Assembly (NCBI GenBank): GCA_005882295.1
Contig: VBAI01000007.1
Location: 1-44,281 of the forward strand
DNA length: 44,281 nt
From: Candidatus Segetimicrobium genomatis
Lineage (GTDB): Bacteria > Sysuimicrobiota > Sysuimicrobiia > Sysuimicrobiales > Kaftiobacteriaceae
Direction of reading: 5' to 3'
Shown: one piece after another, positions 1-8,716 of the stretch
How the letters are laid out: every line of letters starts with the position of its first letter
Position numbering within the stretch: the stretch's first letter is position 1
Made by a program: the position numbers and the translations under genes
Notes under the pieces: model-generated
What the model saw: only the letters and a program-made list of their open reading frames with translations
Database searches by the model: none
Told to the model about the DNA's origin: nothing

Positions 1-1
1 C

Positions 2-838
2 AAACAGTTGCTGGAAGAGCTGGATGGGAAGGTCGACGCGCTCGGCCTCGGCGGGACCGATCTATACCTGCGGGCGGGAAACCGCCAATACCTGATGCGC
101 GAGACGGCAGGGCTCGTCCGGAACGTCCGGCGCACGCCATTCGTCGACGGCGGCGGGCTGAAGGCGTCCTGGGAGCGCTGGTTGATCACCGACTACCTGC
201 CCCATCGAAAGGGGCTATCGTTCCGCGGACGCAACGTTGTGCTGGTGTCCTCGGTCGACCGGTACGGGATGGCGGAGGCGTTTACGGCGGCCGGAGCCCG
301 TGTCATCTTCGGCGACTTTCTCTTTGCGCTGAACCTGCCCATTCCGCTGCGGTCTCTGACGTCGGTGAAGATACTGGCCGCGCTGTTGCTGCCGGTGCTC
401 AGCAAGGTCCCCATCAAATGGCTCTACCCGACGGGGGACAAGCAGACGCAGATCACGCCCCGGCACGGCACATACTACCGGTGGGCTGAAGTCGTCGCCG
501 GTGACTTCCTGTTGATCCGCCGGTTCATGCCCGACGATCTGCGCGGGAAGGTCATCGTGACGCAGACCATCACCAAGACCGACGTGGAAGAGCTCCGCAA
601 GCGCGGGGTGTGGCTGCTGGTGACCGACGGCCCGGACATGGGCGGCCGGTCCTTCGCCACCAACGTGCTGCAGGGCGTGATCGTGGCGCTCCTGGGGCGC
701 CGGCCGGAGGAGATTTCCACCGACGAGTACCTGCAGACCGCGCAGCGGGCAGGCTTTGAGCCTCGCGTCGAAGAGTTGAACCCCGATGCCGCTCCCGCCT
801 GGGCCTCCCGCCTGCGCGCCACCGCGCCGACATCATGA
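2..838 (+). CDS. Conserved hypothetical protein (family often auto-annotated 'quinate 5-dehydrogenase'), 5'-truncated by window edge
   Basis: Open frame from the window start; ELDGKVDALGLGGTD, VDGGGLK, VDRYGMA, GRSFATNV motifs recalled from this uncharacterised family; ATGA overlap with next gene. Confidence 0.6.
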   Translation, partial: KQLLEELDGKVDALGLGGTDLYLRAGNRQYLMRETAGLVRNVRRTPFVDGGGLKASWERWLITDYLPHRKGLSFRGRNVVLVSSVDRYGMAEAFTAAGARVIFGDFLFALNLPIPLRSLTSVKILAALLLPVLSKVPIKWLYPTGDKQTQITPRHGTYYRWAEVVAGDFLLIRRFMPDDLRGKVIVTQTITKTDVEELRKRGVWLLVTDGPDMGGRSFATNVLQGVIVALLGRRPEEISTDEYLQTAQRAGFEPRVEELNPDAAPAWASRLRATAPTS

Positions 839-1986
839 CTGCTCCGGATCCCGGTAAGTTCGCGTTTATCATTCATCCCCTGCGCATCGCCGACTTCGCG
901 CGCCGATATCCCATCACGCGGAAATTGCCGGAGCGGCTCGTCGAGCTGGCCTTCCGTCCCGTGCCACCGCGCCTGATGTCGCACATCACCGGCATCCGGT
1001 CTGCCACCGGCGCGCGCGCGGAGGGATGGTTCATCGGGCTTCCCCTGACCCCGCGGACGTTGCTGGACTCGCCGCTGGATTTCGTGTACCGGCGTCTGAT
1101 TCAATGCGGCCGCCTGGCAGAATCACTCGGCGCAGGGGTGGTCGGTCTCGGCGCGTTTACCAAGATCGTCGGCGATCGCGGACTCACCGTGGCGAACCAT
1201 CTCCGGATCGCGGTGACCACCGGCAACAGCTACACCGCGGCCACTGCCGTGGAGGGCGCGCTCCTGGCCGCGCAGCGCATGGGGCTGGAGCCGGCCAACA
1301 TCACGGCGGCGGTGATCGGCGCGACAGGATCGATCGGGGCGGTGTGCAGCCAGATCCTGGCCCGGTCCGTGGGCCGCCTGGTCCTGGTCGCCCGGACCCG
1401 CGAGGCGCTCGAGGCGCTGCGGGCGCGCTTAGTGCCGGCGGGGCCCGCGATGACGCTGGGAGCACGCCGGGCCGAGATCGCCGTGGAGACAGATGTGAAG
1501 GCGGCCGTGCGCACGGCCGAGGTCATCCTCACCGTGTCGTCGGCCACCGACGTGCTCATCGAACCGGAGGATCTGCGACCGGGGGCGGTGGTCTGCGATG
1601 TGGCGCGGCCTCGCAACGTCTCGCGGCTTGTCTACGAGCGGCGCGACGATGTGCTGGTGATCGATGGCGGTGTGATCGAGATTCCGGGCGAGGTAGACTT
1701 CGGGTTCGACTTCGGCTTCCCGCCCAGGACGACCGAAGCATGCGTCGCCGAAACCATCCTGCTCGCGTTGGAGCGGCGGTACGAGAACTTCACCCTCGGT
1801 CGGGATATCACCCTGTCTCAGGTGGAAGAGATCGCAGCGCTGGCGCGCCGGCATGGGTTCCGCCTCAGCGGGTTCCGGCGTTTCGAACGGGCGATCGGCG
1901 ACGACGAAGTGGAACGGATTCGGCGGGCGGCCCGCCCCATACGAGTCGCTCAGGTCAGCCGCGCCGCTGACCCGAAGACCGTCTGA
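835..1986 (+). CDS. COG5322-type NAD(P)-dependent reductase (acyl-ACP reductase-like; often labelled shikimate/amino-acid dehydrogenase)
   Basis: KFAFIIHP N-terminus, GLGAFTKIVG, TTGNSYT, Rossmann VIGATGSIG, VCDVARPRNV, VIDGG, ACVAETILLALE with conserved Cys as in cyanobacterial acyl-ACP reductase. Confidence 0.75.
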   Translation: MTAPDPGKFAFIIHPLRIADFARRYPITRKLPERLVELAFRPVPPRLMSHITGIRSATGARAEGWFIGLPLTPRTLLDSPLDFVYRRLIQCGRLAESLGAGVVGLGAFTKIVGDRGLTVANHLRIAVTTGNSYTAATAVEGALLAAQRMGLEPANITAAVIGATGSIGAVCSQILARSVGRLVLVARTREALEALRARLVPAGPAMTLGARRAEIAVETDVKAAVRTAEVILTVSSATDVLIEPEDLRPGAVVCDVARPRNVSRLVYERRDDVLVIDGGVIEIPGEVDFGFDFGFPPRTTEACVAETILLALERRYENFTLGRDITLSQVEEIAALARRHGFRLSGFRRFERAIGDDEVERIRRAARPIRVAQVSRAADPKTV

Positions 1987-2046
1987 GCGACTCGTACGGG
2001 GCCCGTCCGGCCCGCGTTGCGGCCAGAGGAACCTAGGCCGCCGCGC

Positions 2047-2075
2047 TTGACGGGTGTGGCGGGATGGGCTATACT
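2047..2075 (+). promoter_or_regulatory. Sigma70-type promoter of greA
   Basis: TTGACG-N17-TATACT. Confidence 0.8.
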
Positions 2076-2082
2076 CCCAAAC

Positions 2083-2108
2083 GCTGAGGGCGCGGTGCCC
2101 TCAGTTTT
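2083..2108 (+). terminator. Terminator-like hairpin 1 in greA leader
   Basis: CTGAGGGC/GCCCTCAG stem followed by TTTT. Confidence 0.55.
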
Positions 2109-2140
2109 CGTGCGAGCAACTCCACACCACACTTCGGGGG

Positions 2141-2178
2141 GCGCTGTAGGTCGGAACCGACCTACGGTGTTTTGTCTT
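2141..2178 (+). terminator. Terminator-like hairpin 2 in greA leader
   Basis: 13-bp stem GCGCTGTAGGTCG/CGACCTACGGTGT with three G-U pairs, GAAC loop, followed by TTTGTCTT. Confidence 0.65.
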
Positions 2179-2205
2179 CAAAGCCCCTCTCGCAGGAGAT
2201 TTTCG

Positions 2206-2688
2206 ATGGCCGAAGTCGAAAAAGAGACGATCCTCACTCCAGAAGGCCTCCACAAACTGGAAGAGGAGCTGGGACACCTCAAGACGGTCCGCCGCAAGGA
2301 AGTCGCCGGGCGGATCAAGCAATCCAAGGAGTTCGGCGACTTGATGGAAAACTCCGAGTACGAAGATGCCAAGAACGAGCAGGCGTTTGTGGAAGGGCGG
2401 ATCCTGCAACTGGAGCAGATGTTGCGGAACGCCCGGGTGGTTGATAACCACGGGGCCCCGCCGGACCGTGTGGCAGTCGGCTCCAAGGTACGCCTGAAGG
2501 ACCTGAGCTCCGGGGAAGAGATCAACTACATGATTGTCGGGTCGGCGGAGGCTGATCCCGATCAGGACAAGATCAGCAACGAGTCCCCCGTCGGCCGCGC
2601 GCTGCTCGGCAAGCGTAAGGGGGACGCGGTGGAAGTGGCGGTCCCCGCAGGCAAGATGCGCTATACGATCCTGCAGGTCAAGCTCTAG
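2206..2688 (+). CDS. greA: Transcription elongation factor GreA
   Basis: [37 protein letters not shown]; AGGAG RBS before ATG 2206; 160 aa. Confidence 0.97.
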   Translation: MAEVEKETILTPEGLHKLEEELGHLKTVRRKEVAGRIKQSKEFGDLMENSEYEDAKNEQAFVEGRILQLEQMLRNARVVDNHGAPPDRVAVGSKVRLKDLSSGEEINYMIVGSAEADPDQDKISNESPVGRALLGKRKGDAVEVAVPAGKMRYTILQVKL

Positions 2689-2717
2689 TCCATCGCCGCA
2701 CGGGCGATGCAGGGGCA

Positions 2718-2753
2718 CGGGCAGGTCGGGCTGCGACCTGCCCGGTCTTCTTT
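2718..2753 (+). terminator. Intrinsic terminator after greA
   Basis: 11-bp perfect stem CGGGCAGGTCG/CGACCTGCCCG then GTCTTCTTT. Confidence 0.7.
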
Positions 2754-2805
2754 CCGTCGCCCAGGGCACAATGGTGGAGAGGGGGACCGCTGGCCGGGCG
2801 GGAAT

Positions 2806-2839
2806 TTGACCCCGCTTTCATCCGTAGGATAAGATGAAA
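2806..2839 (+). promoter_or_regulatory. Putative clpC promoter overlapped by an inverted repeat
   Basis: TTGACC-N18-TAAGAT; TTTCATC-N10-GATGAAA (2816-2839) overlaps spacer and -10. Confidence 0.55.
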
Positions 2840-2861
2840 TTGCATAGACTGGAGATTGAGG

Positions 2862-2903
2862 ATGCCTGAGCAGGAGGGGCCTCCGCCTGAGCAGAAATCG
2901 TAG
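2862..2903 (+). CDS. Candidate 13-aa leader peptide MPEQEGPPPEQKS upstream of clpC
   Basis: GGAG at 2851-2854, 7 nt before ATG; TAG at 2901-2903; below the ORF-track size cutoff. Confidence 0.4.
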   Translation: MPEQEGPPPEQKS

Positions 2904-3010
2904 GGCTAAAGTTAGCCTCTGCCGCCTGACAGCTTCGCCCCGCGGAGTGGGCGGGACACCATTGCTGGCATACGCACCCACAATCTGGCGGAGAGGGGGA
3001 CGTCGTCGCA

Positions 3011-5470
3011 ATGTTTGAGCGATTTACAGAGCGCGCCCGGCGGGTCATCATTCTGGCCCAGGAAGAAGCCAAGCGCCTCAACCACAGCGCGGTCGGTACC
3101 GAGCATATCCTGCTGGGGATCATCCGCGAAGGTGAGGGGGTCGCCAGCAAGGTTCTGGAGAGCCTGAATATCTCCCCCGACCGCGTGCGCGCCGAGATCG
3201 AAACCGCCATCGGCCGTGGCGAGCGGGCTCCCTATGAGGAAGTCGCGTTCACCCCACGGGCCAAGAAAGTGCTGGAACTGGCCCTCGACGAAGCACGCCG
3301 GCTGGGTCACAACTATATCGGCACCGAACATCTCCTGCTGGGACTGATCCGTGAGGGGGAGGGCGTGGCGGCGCGCGTCCTGGAGGCGATGGGCGCCGAC
3401 CTCGAGCGCGTTCGCGCGCAGGTCGTCTACCTGCTGGGAGAAGAGGGGACCACCGCCTACACCAAGCAGTCCAGCAAGACACCGACCCTGGACGAGTTTG
3501 GCCGCGACCTGACGAAACTGGCCCGGGAGAGCAAGTTGGATCCGGTCATCGGCCGCGACCGCGAGATCGAGCGTGTCATTCAAGTCCTCTCCAGGCGCAC
3601 CAAGAACAATCCGGCCCTCATCGGCGAGCCTGGCGTCGGCAAGACCGCCATCACGGAGGGGCTGGCGCAGCGCATCGTGCGCGGGGACGTCCCCGAGGTC
3701 CTCCGCAACAAGCGCGTGGTGCAGCTGGATCTCGCGGCGCTGGTCGCCGGCACGAAGTACCGCGGCGAGTTCGAGGAGCGCATGAAGAAGGTGATGGACG
3801 AGATCCGCAAGGCGCAGAACGAGGTGGTGCTGTTCGTCGACGAACTGCACACCCTGGTCGGCGCCGGCGCGGCGGAGGGCGCCATCGATGCCAGTAATAT
3901 CCTGAAGCCCGCCCTGGCCCGCGGTGAACTGCAGTGCATCGGGGCGACGACGCTGGACGAATACCGGAAGTACGTCGAGCGGGATGCCGCCCTGGAGAGG
4001 CGCTTCCAGCCCATCCTGGTCAGCGAGCCCAGTGTCGAACAGACGATCGAAATCCTGAAAGGGCTGCGCGAGCGCTATGAGTCCCATCACGGCGTCACCA
4101 TCAGCGACGAGGCGCTGGTCGCGGCGGCCACCCTGGCCGAGAAGTACATCGCGGACCGGTTCCTGCCGGACAAGGCCATCGACCTGATGGACGAAGCCAG
4201 CAGCAAGATCCGCCTGCAGGCGTCCTTCCTGCCGCAAGAGGTCCGCCAGGCCGTGGAGAAAGTCGAGCGCGTCCGGCGCGAGAAGGAAGAATCGATCAAG
4301 AATCAGGATTTCGAGAAAGCCGCGCAACTGCGCGACAAAGAGCGCGTGCTGCGCCAGAAGCTGGAAGAACTGGAGTCGTCCTGGAAGCGCGAGAAGGGCC
4401 GCGATATCAGCACCGTCGCCGCGGACGACATCGCCGACGTCGTGTCCTCCTGGACCGGGATTCCGGTGACCCGGCTGGTCGAAGAGGAGACGCAGCGGTT
4501 GCTCAAGATGGAGGAATCCATCCATGAGCGGATCGTCGGCCAGGAAGAAGCGGTCAGTGCTGTGGCCAAAGCCGTGCGCCGCGCCCGGACGGGCCTGAAG
4601 GATCCCCGCCGGCCGGTGGGCTCGTTCATCTTCCTGGGGCCCACGGGGGTGGGCAAGACCGAGCTGGCCAGAGCCCTGGCGGAGTTTCTGTTCGGCGATG
4701 AGAATGCGCTCATCCGCATCGACATGTCCGAGTACAGCGAGCGGCACACGATCAGCCGGCTGGTGGGGTCGCCGCCGGGCTACGTGGGCTATGAGGAAGG
4801 CGGGCAGCTCACGGAGGCCGTGCGCCGGCGGCCGTTCTCGGTCGTGCTGTTCGATGAGATCGAAAAAGCGCATCCCGAGATTTTCAACGTCCTGCTGCAG
4901 ATTCTTGACGACGGCCGGCTGACCGATGCCCAGGGCCGGGCCGTCGACTTCAAGAACGCGGTCATCATCATGACCAGCAACGTGGGCGCGCCCTTGCTGG
5001 AGAAGGAAGTGGCCATCGGCTTCAAGCCGACCCACGATCAGCTCACGGCGATGGACAGTGCCTACACGCGCATGAAGGAACACATCACCGAGGAGCTGCG
5101 GCGGACGTTCCGGCCGGAGTTCTTGAACCGCATCGACGAGGTCATCATCTTCCGGCCGCTCACCGGCGATCAGATCAAGGCCATCGTGGACATCCTCATC
5201 GCCCGGGTTCAGCGCGAGCTGCGCGGGCAGAACATGCAGCTGGAGCTGACCGCGGCGGCCAAGGACCTGCTGGCCAAGGAAGGGTTCGATCCCACGTTTG
5301 GGGCGCGGCCGCTGCGGCGGACGATCCAGCGGCTGATCGAAGACCAGTTGTCGGATGAGCTCCTGCGGGGCAGCTTCAGTCCTGGGGATACCGTGGTGGT
5401 GGATGCCCGCGACGAGCGCATCGTCTTCGAACGAAAGCGACAGCCCGAGCCAGCGCTCAAGGGAGACTAA
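3011..5470 (+). CDS. clpC: ATP-dependent Clp protease ATP-binding subunit ClpC
   Basis: [12 protein letters not shown] double Clp-N repeat, two Walker A ([16 protein letters not shown]), UVR-type middle coil, IGF ClpP-docking loop; 819 aa. Confidence 0.97.
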   Translation: MFERFTERARRVIILAQEEAKRLNHSAVGTEHILLGIIREGEGVASKVLESLNISPDRVRAEIETAIGRGERAPYEEVAFTPRAKKVLELALDEARRLGHNYIGTEHLLLGLIREGEGVAARVLEAMGADLERVRAQVVYLLGEEGTTAYTKQSSKTPTLDEFGRDLTKLARESKLDPVIGRDREIERVIQVLSRRTKNNPALIGEPGVGKTAITEGLAQRIVRGDVPEVLRNKRVVQLDLAALVAGTKYRGEFEERMKKVMDEIRKAQNEVVLFVDELHTLVGAGAAEGAIDASNILKPALARGELQCIGATTLDEYRKYVERDAALERRFQPILVSEPSVEQTIEILKGLRERYESHHGVTISDEALVAAATLAEKYIADRFLPDKAIDLMDEASSKIRLQASFLPQEVRQAVEKVERVRREKEESIKNQDFEKAAQLRDKERVLRQKLEELESSWKREKGRDISTVAADDIADVVSSWTGIPVTRLVEEETQRLLKMEESIHERIVGQEEAVSAVAKAVRRARTGLKDPRRPVGSFIFLGPTGVGKTELARALAEFLFGDENALIRIDMSEYSERHTISRLVGSPPGYVGYEEGGQLTEAVRRRPFSVVLFDEIEKAHPEIFNVLLQILDDGRLTDAQGRAVDFKNAVIIMTSNVGAPLLEKEVAIGFKPTHDQLTAMDSAYTRMKEHITEELRRTFRPEFLNRIDEVIIFRPLTGDQIKAIVDILIARVQRELRGQNMQLELTAAAKDLLAKEGFDPTFGARPLRRTIQRLIEDQLSDELLRGSFSPGDTVVVDARDERIVFERKRQPEPALKGD

Positions 5471-5539
5471 CGGGAACCCCCACGCCCGCTCCGCGGGCTC
5501 GGGGCGGAGCGCGGGAACGCGGCAACGCGGGAACGCGGC
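5470..5539. repeat. 8-mer tandem repeat element (GCGGGAAC)n with internal hairpin, single orientation
   Basis: ACGGGAAC at 5470; CGCTCCGC/GCGGAGCG hairpin 5487-5511; GCGGGAAC GCGGCAAC GCGGGAAC GCGGC 5511-5539. Confidence 0.75.
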
Positions 5540-5561
5540 GCACCAGAATCTGACAGCGAGG

Positions 5562-5588
5562 AGGGCCCGGTGACCAACCGGGCCTTTC
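5562..5588 (+). terminator. Hairpin between clpC and radA (weak terminator or processing site)
   Basis: AGGGCCCGGT/ACCGGGCCTT stem, short T tail. Confidence 0.45.
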
Positions 5589-5607
5589 TGCTGCAAGGGC
5601 ACATGTG

Positions 5608-6954
5608 ATGACGAAGGCACGTCTGCAATACGTCTGTCAATCCTGTGGGTACACCTCCTCGAAATGGCTGGGCCGCTGCCCATCCTGCGGGGAGTGGAAC
5701 TCGCTTGTCGAGGAAGTGCAGAGCGAGTTCCGCGCCGCGGTGCCGGTCCAACCATCCGTCCCCATTGCCGTGACCCAGGTGGCCACGGTCGCCGAACCGC
5801 GTCTGGCCACAGGCATCCGTGAACTAGATCGCGTCCTGGGTGGAGGCCTCGTGCCGGGTTCGCTGGTGCTCATCGGCGGCGACCCCGGGATCGGCAAGAG
5901 CACATTGCTGCTGGAGGCCTGCCGGCATCTGGCTGGATCGGACCGGTCCGTCCTCTACGTGAGTGGCGAGGAGTCTGTTGTCCAGATCAAGTTGCGGGCG
6001 GACCGGCTGGGGGTGAGGACCCCGACCCTCCTGTTGCTGGCCGAAAACAATCTGAGCGCGATTCTGGAGGCCTGTGAGCGGGTTCAGCCGCAGGTCGTCG
6101 TGATCGACTCCATTCAGACGGTGTACAAACCGGATCTCCCTTCGGCGCCGGGAAGCGTCGGTCAGGTGCGGGAGTGTACGGCAGACCTGATGCGCATGGC
6201 GAAGGGCCGCAACGTGAGCGTGCTCATCGTGGGCCACGTCACCAAGGAAGGCCAGCTGGCCGGACCCCGCGTGCTGGAACACATCGTGGATACCGTCCTG
6301 TACTTCGAGGGCGACCGGCACCACGCATACCGCATCATCCGCGCGACGAAAAACCGCTTCGGGTCCACCAACGAGATCGGCGTGTTCGAGATGCGGCCCG
6401 ATGGGCTGCGTGAGGTCCCCAACCCGTCTGCCGCCTTCCTCTCCGAGCGAGCGGCCGAGGCGCCTGGCTCGGTGGTGGTCTGCGCGATGGAGGGGACGCG
6501 TCCGCTGCTGGTCGAGGTCCAGGCGCTGGTGACCCCCACGGTCTTCGGCATGCCCCGCCGCACCGCGGCCGGCGTCGATTACAACCGGATGGTGGTGCTG
6601 CTGGCGGTGCTGGAAAAGCGGGCCGGCCTTCACCTCTCCAGCCATGACGTCTACGTCAGCGTCGCCGGCGGGGTCACCGTAGACGAGCCGGCGGTGGATC
6701 TGGGCGTCGCCGCGGCGGTGGCCAGCAGCCTCCGCGATCGGCCCGTTGATGCCGCGGTGGTGGCGATCGGTGAGGTCGGGCTGGCGGGCGAGGTGCGCGT
6801 GGTCCCGCAGCTTGAGCAGCGGGCCGCAGAGGCGGCGAGAATGGGGTTCCACCAGTGCGTCGTCCCCAAACTGGCGGCGGAACTGGACGTGTCTGGGATC
6901 GAGTTGGTGCCGGTGGCGCACATCGGAGACGCGCTGGCACACTTGATACCCTAA
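5608..6954 (+). CDS. radA: DNA repair protein RadA/Sms
   Basis: CxxC..CxxC zinc finger, GDPGIGKST, KNRFG motif, Lon-like C-terminal domain; start could be GTG 5605. Confidence 0.97.
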   Translation: MTKARLQYVCQSCGYTSSKWLGRCPSCGEWNSLVEEVQSEFRAAVPVQPSVPIAVTQVATVAEPRLATGIRELDRVLGGGLVPGSLVLIGGDPGIGKSTLLLEACRHLAGSDRSVLYVSGEESVVQIKLRADRLGVRTPTLLLLAENNLSAILEACERVQPQVVVIDSIQTVYKPDLPSAPGSVGQVRECTADLMRMAKGRNVSVLIVGHVTKEGQLAGPRVLEHIVDTVLYFEGDRHHAYRIIRATKNRFGSTNEIGVFEMRPDGLREVPNPSAAFLSERAAEAPGSVVVCAMEGTRPLLVEVQALVTPTVFGMPRRTAAGVDYNRMVVLLAVLEKRAGLHLSSHDVYVSVAGGVTVDEPAVDLGVAAAVASSLRDRPVDAAVVAIGEVGLAGEVRVVPQLEQRAAEAARMGFHQCVVPKLAAELDVSGIELVPVAHIGDALAHLIP

Positions 6955-6957
6955 GCT

Positions 6958-7042
6958 GCGGGACTGGGGACTTGGGATGGGGACTGGCAAACGAAAAGGG
7001 ACCGGCCGTCGCCGGTCCCTAGTCCCTAATCCCTAGTCCCGC
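6958..7042. repeat. 7-mer inverted tandem repeat element (GGGACTG)n...(AGTCCCT)n containing a minus-strand terminator
   Basis: Left GGGACTG GGGACTT GGGATG GGGACTG; central AGGGACCGGC/GCCGGTCCCT hairpin preceded by an A run (T tail on minus strand); right AGTCCCT AATCCCT AGTCCCG; between convergent genes. Confidence 0.85.
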
Positions 7043-7044
7043 CG

Positions 7045-7440
7045 TTATGTCAAATTAAAGACGCCCAGCGCGCTGACGCGGGCGTGTTCCTTTTCGAGTA
7101 CCTCTTTCAAGTTCAGGTCGAGCAGGCTGCAGAGCGCGGCGAGATAGAAGAGCGTCGTCCCAATCTCTGTCTCGACGACCTCGCGACACTTGTCGCACAT
7201 CGCTCCCACCAGGTGTGTATCCATGAACTGCTTGAGTTCTCTCAGGCTGATGTCGGTGGGAAACGTTTGCCTGACGGCATTGACGGAGATACACCCGCAG
7301 GTGGTGACCGATTTCGCCACCGCGCGGTTGACGCGGGCAGCAGCTTCGGTGAGCTTGGTCTGGACGTCGAGGATACTGCGGTGTCGGAGCAGATATTCAG
7401 AAACGGTAGTCTGGAATTGCGCCTCGTCGGTCTCCTTCAT
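7045..7440 (-). CDS. Conserved Cys-containing hypothetical protein of the radA-yacL interval (Clostridia-type, possibly MazG-like helical fold)
   Basis: LLRHRSILD, AKSVTTCGCI, CDKCREVVETEIG..LFYLAALC; AGGGGGG RBS; same inverted position I recall from clostridial genomes; 131 aa. Confidence 0.75.
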   Translation of the reverse strand: MKETDEAQFQTTVSEYLLRHRSILDVQTKLTEAAARVNRAVAKSVTTCGCISVNAVRQTFPTDISLRELKQFMDTHLVGAMCDKCREVVETEIGTTLFYLAALCSLLDLNLKEVLEKEHARVSALGVFNLT

Positions 7441-7528
7441 ACGCCCCCCTGACGCTCTGCTGACCTCCATCCGGCGTCCGCCGGCTGGAGCACTCTACGT
7501 ATCGTGACTTGCGGGATGAGTCGGTGTC

Positions 7529-7558
7529 ATTATAGGTGTCGGCGCAAATCCTTGTCAA
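7529..7558 (-). promoter_or_regulatory. Consensus sigma70 promoter for the 7045-7440 gene
   Basis: Minus strand TTGACA-N18-TATAAT; the -35 sits within palindrome CCTTGTCAAGG. Confidence 0.8.
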
Positions 7559-7642
7559 GGAACACGCCACGACCCGTGCACGGCCGTGGGACGAATCGGT
7601 TATAGTAGAAGCAGTAGAATGTCCGAAGGTCGTGAGCCTGGT

Positions 7643-8716
7643 ATGAGATGGGTGATCCGTCTAGCGGGTTTGATTCTCGGCGCCGTCCTGGGGGTCCAGG
7701 TGGCCGGTGTGCTTCAGCCGTCGCCGGTTCCGATTGGACCACTCCGCGTGCCGGTCTTCGCAGCCGGCATTGTCGTCGGCGGTCTGCTCGGCGCATTGCT
7801 GTCGGTGTGGGTGTGGCACCGGTTCGAGCGGGCTATGGCATGGGTGCTGGCTCGTCTGGCGCATGTGTCGTTGCGGGACCTAGCCCTCGGCGTGGTCGGG
7901 CTGGGCGTGGGATTGGTGCTGGCGTTCTTGATTGGGGTCCCACTCTCTCGCATCCCGGGAGTCGGCACCTATCTCGCGCTCGGCGCCGCCATCGCCCTCG
8001 GATACCTGGGATATCATCTTGTGATGCAGCGGCGCGACGAACTCGCCGCGCCGCTGATGCGTCTTGATCGGTCCGGGCGTGGCGGGACGAAAGGCCGGGG
8101 CACCCCGAAGGTCCTCGACACCAGCGTGATCATCGACGGACGCGTCGTCGACGTCGTGAAGGCCGGGTTTCTAGAAGGTCCTCTGCTGGTATCCCGATCC
8201 GTGCTCGCCGAACTGCAGCGGATCGCCGATTCCTCGGATACGCTGCGCCGCAATCGCGGTCGCCGCGGTCTGGACGTGCTGCACCGGCTGCAGCAGGAAC
8301 TGCAGGCCGTGCAGGTCGTGGATGATCCGAAAGATGGCGGCGGCGATGTCGACGGGACGCTGGTGACTCTGGCCAAGAGCGTCCGCGGGTGGATCGTCAC
8401 GAACGATTTTAACCTCAACAAGGTGGCGGAACTCCAAGGCGTCCGTGTCCTCAACGTCAACGAACTGTCTCAGGCCCTGCGGCCTGTCGTCCTGCCGGGC
8501 GAAGAGTTAAGCGTGCAGGTCATCAAGGACGGCAAGGAGGCCGGTCAGGGCGTGGGCTATCTCGACGACGGGACCATGGTGGTCGTTGAGGGAGGGAAGA
8601 AGTACATCGGGGAAACCTCCGACGTGGTGGTGACCAGCGTCCTGCAGACGGTTGCCGGCCGGATGATCTTTGGACGGCCCAAGGAAGCTCAGGGCGCTCC
8701 CTCGGATCGGCGATGA
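7643..8716 (+). CDS. yacL: PIN/TRAM domain membrane protein (YacL family)
   Basis: N-terminal TM helices; KVLDTSVIIDGR, RGRRGLDVL, TNDFNLNKVA, GVGYLDDGTMVVVE, TSVLQT.AGRMIF; start uncertain (7619/7643). Confidence 0.92.
   Translation: MRWVIRLAGLILGAVLGVQVAGVLQPSPVPIGPLRVPVFAAGIVVGGLLGALLSVWVWHRFERAMAWVLARLAHVSLRDLALGVVGLGVGLVLAFLIGVPLSRIPGVGTYLALGAAIALGYLGYHLVMQRRDELAAPLMRLDRSGRGGTKGRGTPKVLDTSVIIDGRVVDVVKAGFLEGPLLVSRSVLAELQRIADSSDTLRRNRGRRGLDVLHRLQQELQAVQVVDDPKDGGGDVDGTLVTLAKSVRGWIVTNDFNLNKVAELQGVRVLNVNELSQALRPVVLPGEELSVQVIKDGKEAGQGVGYLDDGTMVVVEGGKKYIGETSDVVVTSVLQTVAGRMIFGRPKEAQGAPSDRR

Noticed and set aside
2864-2894. GCCTGAGCAG direct repeat as NiCo riboswitch or CtsR box
   Set aside because: Rest of the NiCo four-way junction is absent and it does not match the CtsR heptad; better explained as the duplicated PEQ codons of the candidate uORF
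2912-5755. 947-aa antisense ORF over clpC, and similar long antisense ORFs over radA, cysS, mntH, BMP and rbsA
   Set aside because: Shadow frames expected from high-GC codon bias; no recognisable motifs; they overlap clearly identified genes
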